Notes under the pieces: model-generated
Seen by the model: the letters and a program-made list of their open reading frames with translations, nothing else
Database searches by the model: none
Told to the model about the DNA's origin: nothing
Made by a program: the position numbers and the translations under genes
Shown here: positions 57,601 to 64,000 of the stretch, one piece after another
How the letters are laid out: every line of letters begins with the position of its first letter
Numbering within the stretch: position 1 is the first letter of the stretch
IMG/VR virus record: IMGVR_UViG_3300020576_002947
Coordinates: 128,001 to 192,000 of that record
Length of the DNA: 64,000 nt
Reading direction: 5' to 3' (one strand)
Origin: a virus
Lineage: Duplodnaviria > Caudoviricetes

Positions 57601-60600
57601 TGTAGCACCATGAACAAAGTACCCACCCATCTGACTTGTTACAGTTCCAGCGTGTGAAGCAGAGGAGATTCTTGCATCACCTGCTACACCTATGACAGAG
57701 CCAGAGTTAGTGAATCCTGAAGTAGTATAGGTATCTGGTAGGGCAAAATACCCACCATATATCGAAAGTGTTGAGTTAGATGCTGTTACAATAGCAGCAT
57801 TACCCAGAACCCCATAAAAGGTTCGGGTGGTTCCATCTGAGTTTGTGGAAGTAGACGTAAAACTACCACCACCTACATAAGCATTATTAGCCGTATGCTG
57901 TACTATAAGCTTAGCAGTTGTAGAAGGTGTCGTACCAAAACTAGCGTATCCAGCATCATTAACAGTAAATAGTTGCGTAGTGGCTGAGTTAACTAAGTGT
58001 AGGGCGTTTGTGCTACTTGTACTTCCTAATCCAGAAATTAAAAGTCTTGTGTTGTTTTGGAGTGAACCAAATCCAGCAGAGCCATCATCCCTAACCTGAA
58101 GTAATTGAGTACCAGCACTATTTTCTACTCTAAATGCTTGTGTTGAGCTAGTACTACCTGAGCCCTTGACCAGGAATCTATAACTAGCTACATCTGTGGA
58201 GCCAATTGAGAAGAATCCGTTGATCCCAACTCTAAAGAGTTCAGAACTACCTGACTTCAATACAAAGGGGACTCCACCTGAAGAGTAAGAATGTGCTAAT
58301 CCCCAAACAGCATTAGTCTGGTCCACAAATAAACCCCCTCTCCTGTTATTAGTGCCATCATTAACAGCAGCACCTACAGCAGCAACTCCTGTAGTTTGCA
58401 CATTGTAGATTTGAGGTGTTACGGTGCCACTAGCACCATCAGGAATAGCTCCAGTATAGGTTAAATCACCAACTCGGATGTTATATGGAGCATGAACTGC
58501 ACCATCGTTTCTTACAGTGAATAGTCCTGAGCCAGCAGAGCTATAGACCTCAATGGAGTTCGTTGAAGACGTAGCACCTAATCCATGAATACCTAGCTTC
58601 TTAGCTACTAGTAGTCCAGGTGTAGAGGTTGGGGTGAAGAAAGTGCTATAGCCAACGTTTAGATCGTGTGCATATTCTACTGTAGGAGCTTCATCAAGCC
58701 CTATCATCTCACAACGAGCTACATCCCATTGAATAGCAGCATTGGTACCTGCTAGGTAGAAGTATCCAGTCTGAGCAAAAGATCCTCCAACACCGATTTG
58801 TTGGAGTATGAGGTATTCCTGCCAAGCACCAGTACCTATTGCTGAAGATAGCCATACGTTGGTAGAACCAGTTCCAATTGCGTTAGTTGCAAAAGAAAGG
58901 GTGTAGCCTGATGGAATCTTAGCCCAAACTCGGTATAAGATCCTCTGTCCTTCTAGGTATCCCCTACTACCTGAATTTGGAAGTGCTTTGCCTAAACCTA
59001 CATAGAAACCACCACAACCTGGGTTACAAGTAGTTCCATCGTAGTTGATTCTTAGAATATTACCAGAATGGTTTGGTGCAGTGGAATCTGCTGAGACTGA
59101 GTGTGTTACACTACCATTAACCAGGTTGTTATAAACAGTATATCCTGTGGCACCGTGTAACATGTCAGTGTTACGGTTGATTACCCTACCACGAACATCT
59201 GTAATTGGAGAAGTTGATCTTAGTCCAAACGAGGCAGAAGGGTAAATAGAGTATGGCCTATAACCAGTTACTTGAGTAAAGGAGGGGGAGGATGTTGTCC
59301 CGATATCCTGTACTGTACCGATAACAGTGTTTCCACTGACTCCATTACCATACGTTATTGTTGTTTGGTTAGCAGTTGCAGTTAAAGTACGTCTAGCAAA
59401 AGAACTAGCTCCAGTTTGTACTAGATAACCAGTCGTACTATCCAAAGCTCCAAGTGCATTTAGATAGGCGTTAGTAAGCGTTGTGTTTAGTGTTATGTTG
59501 GAAGATCCATCAACTGATGCACTTCCTGATACAGAACCACTTAGTTGAAGTGTTCTTGCTGTCTGCCAGGCATTTGCTGTTGAGGCATTTCCTTGAAGAT
59601 CAGCTACAAGAGTAGCAGTTGTGTAGCCACTTCCTCCAATATTAACTGTTGCAGATGGTTCTACTGTTAGGCCAGTGAATAATCGGTATAGATTGGAGCC
59701 CGCATCTCGGAATAATCCGCTAAACTTATCGGTTCCGTCGTTGTACTTGCCATAGAATCCAATATCAACTACATCAGCAGCATTATCAGACGCTAGTTTA
59801 ATTAATGGGTCTGAGACTGAGATGCTTGAAGCACTAATGCTGGTCAAAGCACCTGTGATAGTGACGTTACCAGCGATATTAACGTCAGCATTGATGTCGA
59901 AGGAGCTTGAGGTCTTTGTAAGGGCATCGTAGTAGCTGATGCTGTTTGTTGAGTCCCAAAAAGCTAGTTTATTGAGTACACCAGTACCAGAAACACCACC
60001 CAAACCTGTTACAGAGATCGCTTGTGTGCTTGCACTAGTGAGTCTACCCTTGCTGTCTACTGTGAAGGTAGGAATTAATGAGCTGCTACCATAAGAGCCA
60101 GAGCTAACAGTAGTGTCTGATAGGCTAAAGTTCCATGATCTATTAGCTGTTAGATCAAGAGCACTGGTATTGCTGATTGTTATATCAGGAGATCCAGATA
60201 GTTGGAGAGTACGGGAACTTATAACTCCGTCTGTTATTCCATAACCAGCTAAGGTAGTAGGTACACTAGTTAACTGTCCCCAACCAATACTAAGTAAAGA
60301 CTGGTGCTGGGTAACACTACCAGAGGAGATTCTTGCGTTAGCAAAGGTTCCAGTAGTTATCTTTGAAGCATCTAAGTCAGGTACGTCACCAGAACCAATT
60401 GTACTAAGGACAATATTAGTACCGTTGCCTCTTAGGAAGCTTCCAGAGGTAGCAACTCCTCCCAGTCTAAAGCCACTAGCTGCATTTACATAGACTGAGT
60501 TAACTATCCCACTATTAGTAACTTGGAATGAGTCAGTTCTACCATTACTAGCTGATGCAATCAGAGGATAGTCAGCAGCATCTAGATTAAGCTGCGTGAT

Positions 60601-62142
60601 TGTCTGGCCTGTGAATGCTGGAAGTGTTGAAGTGGCTGGGGTAGTTAGTGTCCATCCAGAGCTTTGGTAGTTTTGTTCACAAACAACGTAGATTGTTACA
60701 TCATAATCTACGTATACCTCAAGAATAGCACCCTGGTAAGTATCCCCTTCAACAAGACGAATCTTAGTAATTCCACCATTACTGCTATACCAGCTTCTAT
60801 TCCAAAGTGTTAGTGAGGGATTTCTTCCATAATTATACGCAGCGTAGAATGTCGTGGCACTATGTTGTCCGCTAGTTATATCATAGACCGTAAAGAACGC
60901 TGATGCTCGATTACCACTTGAGAGAGAATCAGGATTGCCATTGGTTGCGATTCTATACCAAAAACCTGAAACCGCAGGGCCAGATACTCTCTGAACTCTT
61001 GCAGCGGTAGTTGCTGCTGACCCATGTCCTGAGTCAAGATGAGCACCATCTAGATAATCAGCATTGAAGTTAGTATTAACTGTTGTTGAGGTGACAGCAA
61101 GCGGTGATGTGCCTGTAGCTTGAGAAAGTGTCTGCCGTACAAAAGTTGGTGATGCTCCTGAATGAAGATCCTGGGGTCCTGTTAGAACTATGTTCCCAGA
61201 GACACCATCTCCATTTGTAACAGTAACTCTATTGGTGGTTCCTGTTATAGATCTAGCTGTAGTAACACCAGCAGATGTTCGTACAACAATACCATTGGAC
61301 CCTGGATCATTTAACCCTCCAATAGCAGATACACTAGACCATACTGGAACTCCACCAGAGACCGTTAGAACAGTGCCACTAGCACCGATTCCTAGTCTTG
61401 CAAAGGTGTCTATGCCACTTCCATAGATCAGGTCACCACTTACCCAGTTAACTGCTGAGAGGCCTGTGAGAGCGGCGTCTAGAGGCTGTTTATTGCTAAA
61501 CTGGGTTTGGATGTTGCTTGTAACACCGTCTAGATATTGGTATTCTGTATTAGATACGCTACCATCACCGATCTTAGATGCATCAATACCGCTTGGAATA
61601 TCAGAAGCTGTGATATATCCAGCAACATAAGCAGTTCCATTACTTTTAAGAAATGATGATGAAGGTGCTGATCCATTTATCTGATATCCTAATGCTGTTA
61701 AATTGCCTGTATCATAATCCCATTCAAAATCTGTTGATTGGGCTAGCTTTTGCTCTGAATTTATAAATAAAACTGATTTGGGATTGCCTGCATAGACCAT
61801 TGTCTCATTAGCTATGAGACTTGCGGTAGAACTGGACCAATCTAAGAGACCTCCACCTAGATTTATTAATACATCGCCACTTGATCCTTGTGTTGTAGGA
61901 AGAGTTAAGGTATAACCATACGCTGGAGCAGCAGGAGGTTCTATTCTAATATTAAAAATAGAACTAAAGTCTACATGAGAGGCTGATAGTCCACTAGTAA
62001 GATTTAAACCAGATGAAGTAAAGGTAAAACTATCAGAACCTACTAGGCTACGCCCATCAGAGTATGCGACCTGACCGTCAGTTATTCTACTAGCGGAACT
62101 ACTAGAGATCGTAAGCGGTGTATATAATTCCTCTCGACGCAT
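51643..62142 (-). CDS. Giant tail fibre/receptor-binding protein (3499 aa)
   Basis: Thr/Ser/Gly-rich; fibre motifs [33 protein letters not shown] (x4), [26 protein letters not shown]. Confidence 0.9.
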   Translation of the reverse strand: MRREELYTPLTISSSSASRITDGQVAYSDGRSLVGSDSFTFTSSGLNLTSGLSASHVDFSSIFNIRIEPPAAPAYGYTLTLPTTQGSSGDVLINLGGGLLDWSSSTASLIANETMVYAGNPKSVLFINSEQKLAQSTDFEWDYDTGNLTALGYQINGSAPSSSFLKSNGTAYVAGYITASDIPSGIDASKIGDGSVSNTEYQYLDGVTSNIQTQFSNKQPLDAALTGLSAVNWVSGDLIYGSGIDTFARLGIGASGTVLTVSGGVPVWSSVSAIGGLNDPGSNGIVVRTSAGVTTARSITGTTNRVTVTNGDGVSGNIVLTGPQDLHSGASPTFVRQTLSQATGTSPLAVTSTTVNTNFNADYLDGAHLDSGHGSAATTAARVQRVSGPAVSGFWYRIATNGNPDSLSSGNRASAFFTVYDITSGQHSATTFYAAYNYGRNPSLTLWNRSWYSSNGGITKIRLVEGDTYQGAILEVYVDYDVTIYVVCEQNYQSSGWTLTTPATSTLPAFTGQTITQLNLDAADYPLIASASNGRTDSFQVTNSGIVNSVYVNAASGFRLGGVATSGSFLRGNGTNIVLSTIGSGDVPDLDASKITTGTFANARISSGSVTQHQSLLSIGWGQLTSVPTTLAGYGITDGVISSRTLQLSGSPDITISNTSALDLTANRSWNFSLSDTTVSSGSYGSSSLIPTFTVDSKGRLTSASTQAISVTGLGGVSGTGVLNKLAFWDSTNSISYYDALTKTSSSFDINADVNIAGNVTITGALTSISASSISVSDPLIKLASDNAADVVDIGFYGKYNDGTDKFSGLFRDAGSNLYRLFTGLTVEPSATVNIGGSGYTTATLVADLQGNASTANAWQTARTLQLSGSVSGSASVDGSSNITLNTTLTNAYLNALGALDSTTGYLVQTGASSFARRTLTATANQTTITYGNGVSGNTVIGTVQDIGTTSSPSFTQVTGYRPYSIYPSASFGLRSTSPITDVRGRVINRNTDMLHGATGYTVYNNLVNGSVTHSVSADSTAPNHSGNILRINYDGTTCNPGCGGFYVGLGKALPNSGSRGYLEGQRILYRVWAKIPSGYTLSFATNAIGTGSTNVWLSSAIGTGAWQEYLILQQIGVGGSFAQTGYFYLAGTNAAIQWDVARCEMIGLDEAPTVEYAHDLNVGYSTFFTPTSTPGLLVAKKLGIHGLGATSSTNSIEVYSSAGSGLFTVRNDGAVHAPYNIRVGDLTYTGAIPDGASGTVTPQIYNVQTTGVAAVGAAVNDGTNNRRGGLFVDQTNAVWGLAHSYSSGGVPFVLKSGSSELFRVGINGFFSIGSTDVASYRFLVKGSGSTSSTQAFRVENSAGTQLLQVRDDGSAGFGSLQNNTRLLISGLGSTSSTNALHLVNSATTQLFTVNDAGYASFGTTPSTTAKLIVQHTANNAYVGGGSFTSTSTNSDGTTRTFYGVLGNAAIVTASNSTLSIYGGYFALPDTYTTSGFTNSGSVIGVAGDARISSASHAGTVTSQMGGYFVHGATSTATGSGAITSSYGVRVLTDFAAPTSLGIANSYGLHIVANGSTSYPTNLWGVYEAYGTAANAANYFASPVQIGTTTRSAALVISKSMSGAAWSVNGMLFRVQNGTLTDTSTVAGATVTHNAANSFATPTLASTATGVTYTHAYNLYIAGPPTSGTNVTITNPWTFNAYTGQSRFGGDLFVGTSSVFDATTPNTNVLAGSGATGVQIRGGTAIEPTFEFWRATTAIPDGGVVGKISAWGGYGAPVEMGRIEFLAAGITENASDIIFRTATGGTLSERLRIGSTGTVNVTGLSGTGSRFVQVSATGDLSALTLGTSAQYVRGDGTNQTLDTLAVPENTNLYFTNARAIAATLTGYSAASGTVSSADSILSAIQKLSGNISSMISGVSSVFGRTGTVVASSGDYTTAQVTESGNLYFTDARVRATTLTGFASSNTAITAADSVLTAFGKAQGQLDNKESTITAGTSGQYWKGDKTWQTGVPWGDLTSVPADFTPSAHTLDSHSNVTITSNSSGELLKWNGSAWINNTLAEAGISAVGHTHAWSDITTGTPTTLAGYGITDAQGLDATLTALAGLNTTAGLVVQTGTDTFTKRTLTGTTNQITITNGDGVSGNPTISLPSAVTISGAMTANSFAGIGTSLTALNASNLTSGVVPLAQSIPPVNNSLLRGNLGSPSALEAAVVDGQFDNKLKFHLPMSIEESTDGSVWTAHATSPSGAAMKNNVIGRGTGSAITLANGKYGIRFTWSKSAGDYKSNYVYINAFYAYTSTNGHSAAVLIEKSEDNVTWVTHAGPTNTASTWPGHFFVSHATIPWRYSPTPGVHYKYVRVTFIPTWNGTYPSNNLDIYRMDWYGGYPAGARDDFYWDFDKNMTFRAAVDAVSGFRVNGLATSGSFLRGDGTNIVLSTISSGDVPNLDTAKITTGTFADARIAQSNVTQHQAALSIAWSQLTSVPSSFTPAAHTLDSHSNVTITSNSSGEILKWNGTAWINNTLAEAGISATGHVHAWSDITSGVPTTLAGYGITDVPWSTLTSVPTSFTPSSHVHAWGDITSGVPTTLAGYGISDAQGLDSTLTALAGLDTASGAVFQTGTDTFTKKNFFGTTDQITITEDATGLTFSLPNTPTITGLNLSSLLDGCFVYNSTSSGLSTNANFQFNGTEAGFGGALSSGVRLTITGTDATSGGFGLRVWPDSGAAYFTCRNDGVVAAIGQFTATRTAGDANYAAIIRHSGGTSNRHGLQVSTTGTTTNTIAFNVATDANANAVYTDGAGMTGFGLVPSGSHRVQIQGNGNTSSTDALRITNSDTTSIFTVNNAGFVGLGSTSATSKLTVGNSGTDVAVAGGQFSATPTHNTTTARTHYGFLSYVNSTYNDTSATNQYGGWFSLSNSSVASGKTISGVIAGVYSDCKIVTSTHAGIFSNIYSGYFIHGASSAATGSGTVTNSYGVRVLTDFTNPATFTISNSYGLQIVGTGTASYPTNVWGVYEGYAVGIGARNFFQNPVMIGTSAVPVNFLVARNNSGTAWGSNGINARFGSAIFTDTSTASSTTVALNTINSFGGGVLAATNSAVTYTNAVNTYISGPPVAGTNVTLTNPWSLWVNAGNTRLMNTIIGGSSFTFNLNTILSGSGYNGLQIRNTASVYPILEMFTDSNAIADGGTIGKISWWAGSTAPKENAKIEALQIGTNEDAASLVFYTATGGTLTERMRILSTGTINVTGFTGTGNKVVLADATGNLSALTVGTSAQFLRGDGTWQTPAGTGTVTSVALSLPAQFSVTGSPVTSSGTLTAAWANQASSLVFAGPVSGASAVPAFRALVAGDIPTLTASKISDFDATVRACTLTGLSSSNSVVVAGDTVLQGIGKLQGQISAKKERRTLVFFSAYTPTASGADDVQIPIPRLADAGTNWTPKKLRVRVNTASAGTTTVRCEYYNGTGAFSATNIHTGGDVSLSGGSTYEASTTTFSTTTLASDAWLRVNFTALDATHAKFTVYLEIEEQ
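52370..53785 (-). repeat. Copy 2 of an approximately 470-aa internal fibre duplication (copy 1 about 56620-58050)
   Basis: Shared [10 protein letters not shown], SYPTNxWGVYE, GPPxxGTNVTxTNPW, TATGGTLxERxRIxSTGT, GTSAQxxRGDGT. Confidence 0.85.
54545..54750 (-). repeat. Direct peptide repeat [39 protein letters not shown]...[11 protein letters not shown] (other copy about 55930-56135)
   Basis: Near-identical approximately 65-aa blocks whose DNA differs mainly at synonymous sites. Confidence 0.85.
56620..58050 (-). repeat. Copy 1 of the approximately 470-aa internal fibre duplication
   Basis: Same motifs as 52370-53785. Confidence 0.85.
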
Positions 62143-62151
62143 TATTTAAAG

Positions 62152-62181
62152 CAAAAAGCCCCTACTTTAAAGGTAGAGGCT
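62152..62181 (-). terminator. Rho-independent terminator
   Basis: Minus strand AGCCTCTAC-7nt-GTAGGGGCT (one G.U pair) followed by TTTT; between 62201..62572 and the fibre start. Confidence 0.7.
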
Positions 62182-62200
62182 AACAAAAAAGCGTGTAATC

Positions 62201-62572
62201 TTACTCAGACTTCTTCTTTTTTGGCTTTACTTCGTTAGGCAATTCAGGAACAGAATTATCCCCAAGAACCTCTAGTTCCTCTTCTGAAAAAGGAATATCT
62301 TTGACCTCTGGGAGCTCTTGAAGACTAAGATTCATACAATCAGTTACGACAAGAACAACTTCGTTGCCCTGGACACACAAAAACTCTGTTTGTAGGACGA
62401 ATTTCTCACCAGCTTCATCATAATAAGTAGGTGTAATCTTCTCTTTCTTAAAACTTTCCTTTAGTCCTGAATCAACAACAGCAATAGTCAGTCTATTGCC
62501 TTCTAAACTAATTACAGGGGTGTCAACTACAATACGTTCCCCAATAATAAAATCAATTATACTCTGTTTCAT
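62201..62572 (-). CDS. Hypothetical protein (123 aa)
   Basis: ORF coupled to the upstream gene and followed by a terminator. Confidence 0.65.
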   Translation of the reverse strand: MKQSIIDFIIGERIVVDTPVISLEGNRLTIAVVDSGLKESFKKEKITPTYYDEAGEKFVLQTEFLCVQGNEVVLVVTDCMNLSLQELPEVKDIPFSEEELEVLGDNSVPELPNEVKPKKKKSE

Positions 62573-62574
62573 TC

Positions 62575-63078
62575 TTAACCTAACCTCAAAACCTTTGCCT
62601 TCTTATCAGCAAATACAGTTTTTAGTGCCTTTTCGGTTGTCAGTAAGGATATTAGAGCCGCAGGCTTTCCTTTTATAGCCATATCCTCAAACTTATCAGA
62701 TACACTTAGGTAGTCTAGAACCACTACTATGTTATCATCTGATTCTAGAAGTCTTTGTCCTTTTGTATTAATGATGTGTTGAACATCTAGACAATGGACA
62801 CCCTTTACCTCATTATTTGTTTGAAACAGTTTAATATCTTTGCTTGTTCCGCCAATATAAAAGATAGTTGACGGATCATAAAGTTTTGATGTCTCATAAA
62901 CAAAAGCAGGTGCTAGTATATCTGTCTTCCCTGTATTAGTCCCAGAGTCAATACGTAAATATGGATACGTATTCTCATAGTCAAAACCCAACGATACTTC
63001 TTCAAGAAACTCTCTAATCAGTTTCTTTTGTCTATTAGCCCAATTGCGGCTCATACTATTAATGTGCATGCTTTTCAA
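62575..63078 (-). CDS. Small divergent P-loop-like protein
   Basis: LRIDSGTNTGKT (Walker A-like) and IVVVLD (Walker B-like). Confidence 0.4.
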   Translation of the reverse strand: MKSMHINSMSRNWANRQKKLIREFLEEVSLGFDYENTYPYLRIDSGTNTGKTDILAPAFVYETSKLYDPSTIFYIGGTSKDIKLFQTNNEVKGVHCLDVQHIINTKGQRLLESDDNIVVVLDYLSVSDKFEDMAIKGKPAALISLLTTEKALKTVFADKKAKVLRLG

Positions 63079-63658
63079 AAAAGTCCCAGTACCTATTATG
63101 TGTGCTTTCTAATAATCTAAGCACCTCAGAGTCAGTAGGCTTTCTGTAATGAGGTAAGATAGTTCCTTTCCTAAGCTGGGTAATGAATCCATTAGCACTC
63201 ATAAGGTATATGCCATAGTTCTCAGGCACTTCTGCTAACGCTGTAGGAACTAAATGAGGTTCTATTAAATAACTAAATGTAGTAATTGGTATCTTTTGAG
63301 GGTGAACCCACTCTGATTTAGGTATATTCTGTAAAGTAGAAGGGTCTAAGCTAACATATTTATTGCTTTTAGGTAGGCCATTTTTTAAAAACATATGTTT
63401 ACAGACTTTACCAGAGAAATCTCTTCTAAGATCACTAATGTTATTCTTGATTTCAATCTCATGACCATAACCACTAGTAGTTATATAAAAGAAATCCATC
63501 TCCCAGGGAACTAAGTTCATGCTTCTAGGAAAACACTTATATTTATTAAGCATTCTATAAAGCCTTTTTATTGCAGCGGCTTCAGTCACAAACTTGCTAG
63601 AGGCACCAAAAAGCCCTGCCTGTAGGAGGATCTGAAAAGTACGATTCAGGAAACACAA
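63059..63658 (-). CDS. PD-(D/E)XK nuclease, MmcB-like; true start possibly GTG at 63589
   Basis: WEMDFFYITTSGYGHEIEIKNNISDLRRDF...FSYL...VPENYGIY. Confidence 0.7.
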   Translation of the reverse strand: MCFLNRTFQILLQAGLFGASSKFVTEAAAIKRLYRMLNKYKCFPRSMNLVPWEMDFFYITTSGYGHEIEIKNNISDLRRDFSGKVCKHMFLKNGLPKSNKYVSLDPSTLQNIPKSEWVHPQKIPITTFSYLIEPHLVPTALAEVPENYGIYLMSANGFITQLRKGTILPHYRKPTDSEVLRLLESTHNRYWDFFEKHAH

Positions 63659-63687
63659 CTCACGTACTATTAAAACAGGCAGGGCTT
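63611..63687. other. Long nested inverted repeat, candidate structured RNA/terminator element
   Basis: 13-bp outer stem AAGCCCTGCCTGT/ACAGGCAGGGCTT enclosing inner stem AGTACG/CGTACT; T run after the stem on minus. Confidence 0.5.
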
Positions 63688-63704
63688 AGTTATTTTTTAT
63701 CCTT

Positions 63705-63986
63705 TTATGTATTACCTTTTTTTGTAGAGGGCGTTTTCTTTATAGGTTTTTGCACTTTGTGCTCTTCAATCATTCTTACATTCTGAACTTTTGGAGGACT
63801 ATCATTAGTACTAAACCTCAGCTCTGTCCCATTTCTGCGTTCGACCTTTAGATCAAACTCCCTAACCAACTCCCCTAGAGCATTTGTAATTCTTCCTTTT
63901 AGATTACCTTCAAGCATGTTCTGCTCAAACTCTGGATACAATAAATGGGCTTGATTCTCTGTTACATAGTAACATGTCTCACCCAT
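63705..63986 (-). CDS. Hypothetical protein (93 aa, basic tail)
   Basis: ATG-started ORF in the dominant orientation. Confidence 0.55.
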   Translation of the reverse strand: MGETCYYVTENQAHLLYPEFEQNMLEGNLKGRITNALGELVREFDLKVERRNGTELRFSTNDSPPKVQNVRMIEEHKVQKPIKKTPSTKKGNT

Positions 63987-64000
63987 AGCTTCAATAACAT

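Noticed and set aside
52370-58050. Fibre repeats as a diversity-generating retroelement TR/VR pair
   Set aside because: Differences are mostly synonymous and not adenine-specific, both copies are in-frame coding, and no reverse transcriptase is in the window
1218-62678. Numerous short plus-strand ORFs (e.g. 7907-8290, 9733-10086, 35426-35782, 54380-54724) and nested minus-strand ORFs in the track
   Set aside because: They are antisense or out-of-frame shadows of long genes with recognisable products, with no motifs or RBS of their own
63611-63687. tRNA gene
   Set aside because: Similar length, but no cloverleaf, no TTC-containing T-loop and no D-arm consensus

Overview
This window is the virion morphogenesis region of a large contractile-tailed (myovirus-type) phage. 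It is AT-rich, uses the standard genetic code and is transcribed almost entirely on the minus strand. In transcription order (right to left) it holds: small accessory genes; a 3,499-aa repeat-built tail fibre; a putative TerS; three small Gly/Ala-rich proteins; an intein-containing TerL; portal; prohead protease/scaffold; head decoration protein; major capsid protein; neck proteins; a second sheath-like gene; tail sheath; three tube-like genes; tail chaperones; and three giant proteins (2,136 aa, 1,786 aa and a >2,556-aa hub-like protein that runs off the left edge and is missing from the ORF track). The main discovery is that the giant proteins carry nucleic-acid enzyme domains. The only plus-strand gene (45004-49662) has motifs matching both barrels of a two-barrel RNA polymerase, in an unusual beta'-then-beta order, and sits behind a double-hairpin control region. 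The 1,786-aa protein has an intact-looking DEDDh exonuclease. The hub-like protein has an intact-looking staphylococcal nuclease domain. The tape-measure-like protein has degenerate PD-(D/E)XK and SNase-like domains. Together these suggest a virion-delivered transcription/nuclease apparatus. All assignments are by-eye motif recognition; no searches were run. No tRNA, rRNA, CRISPR array, integrase or clear lysis cassette was seen.
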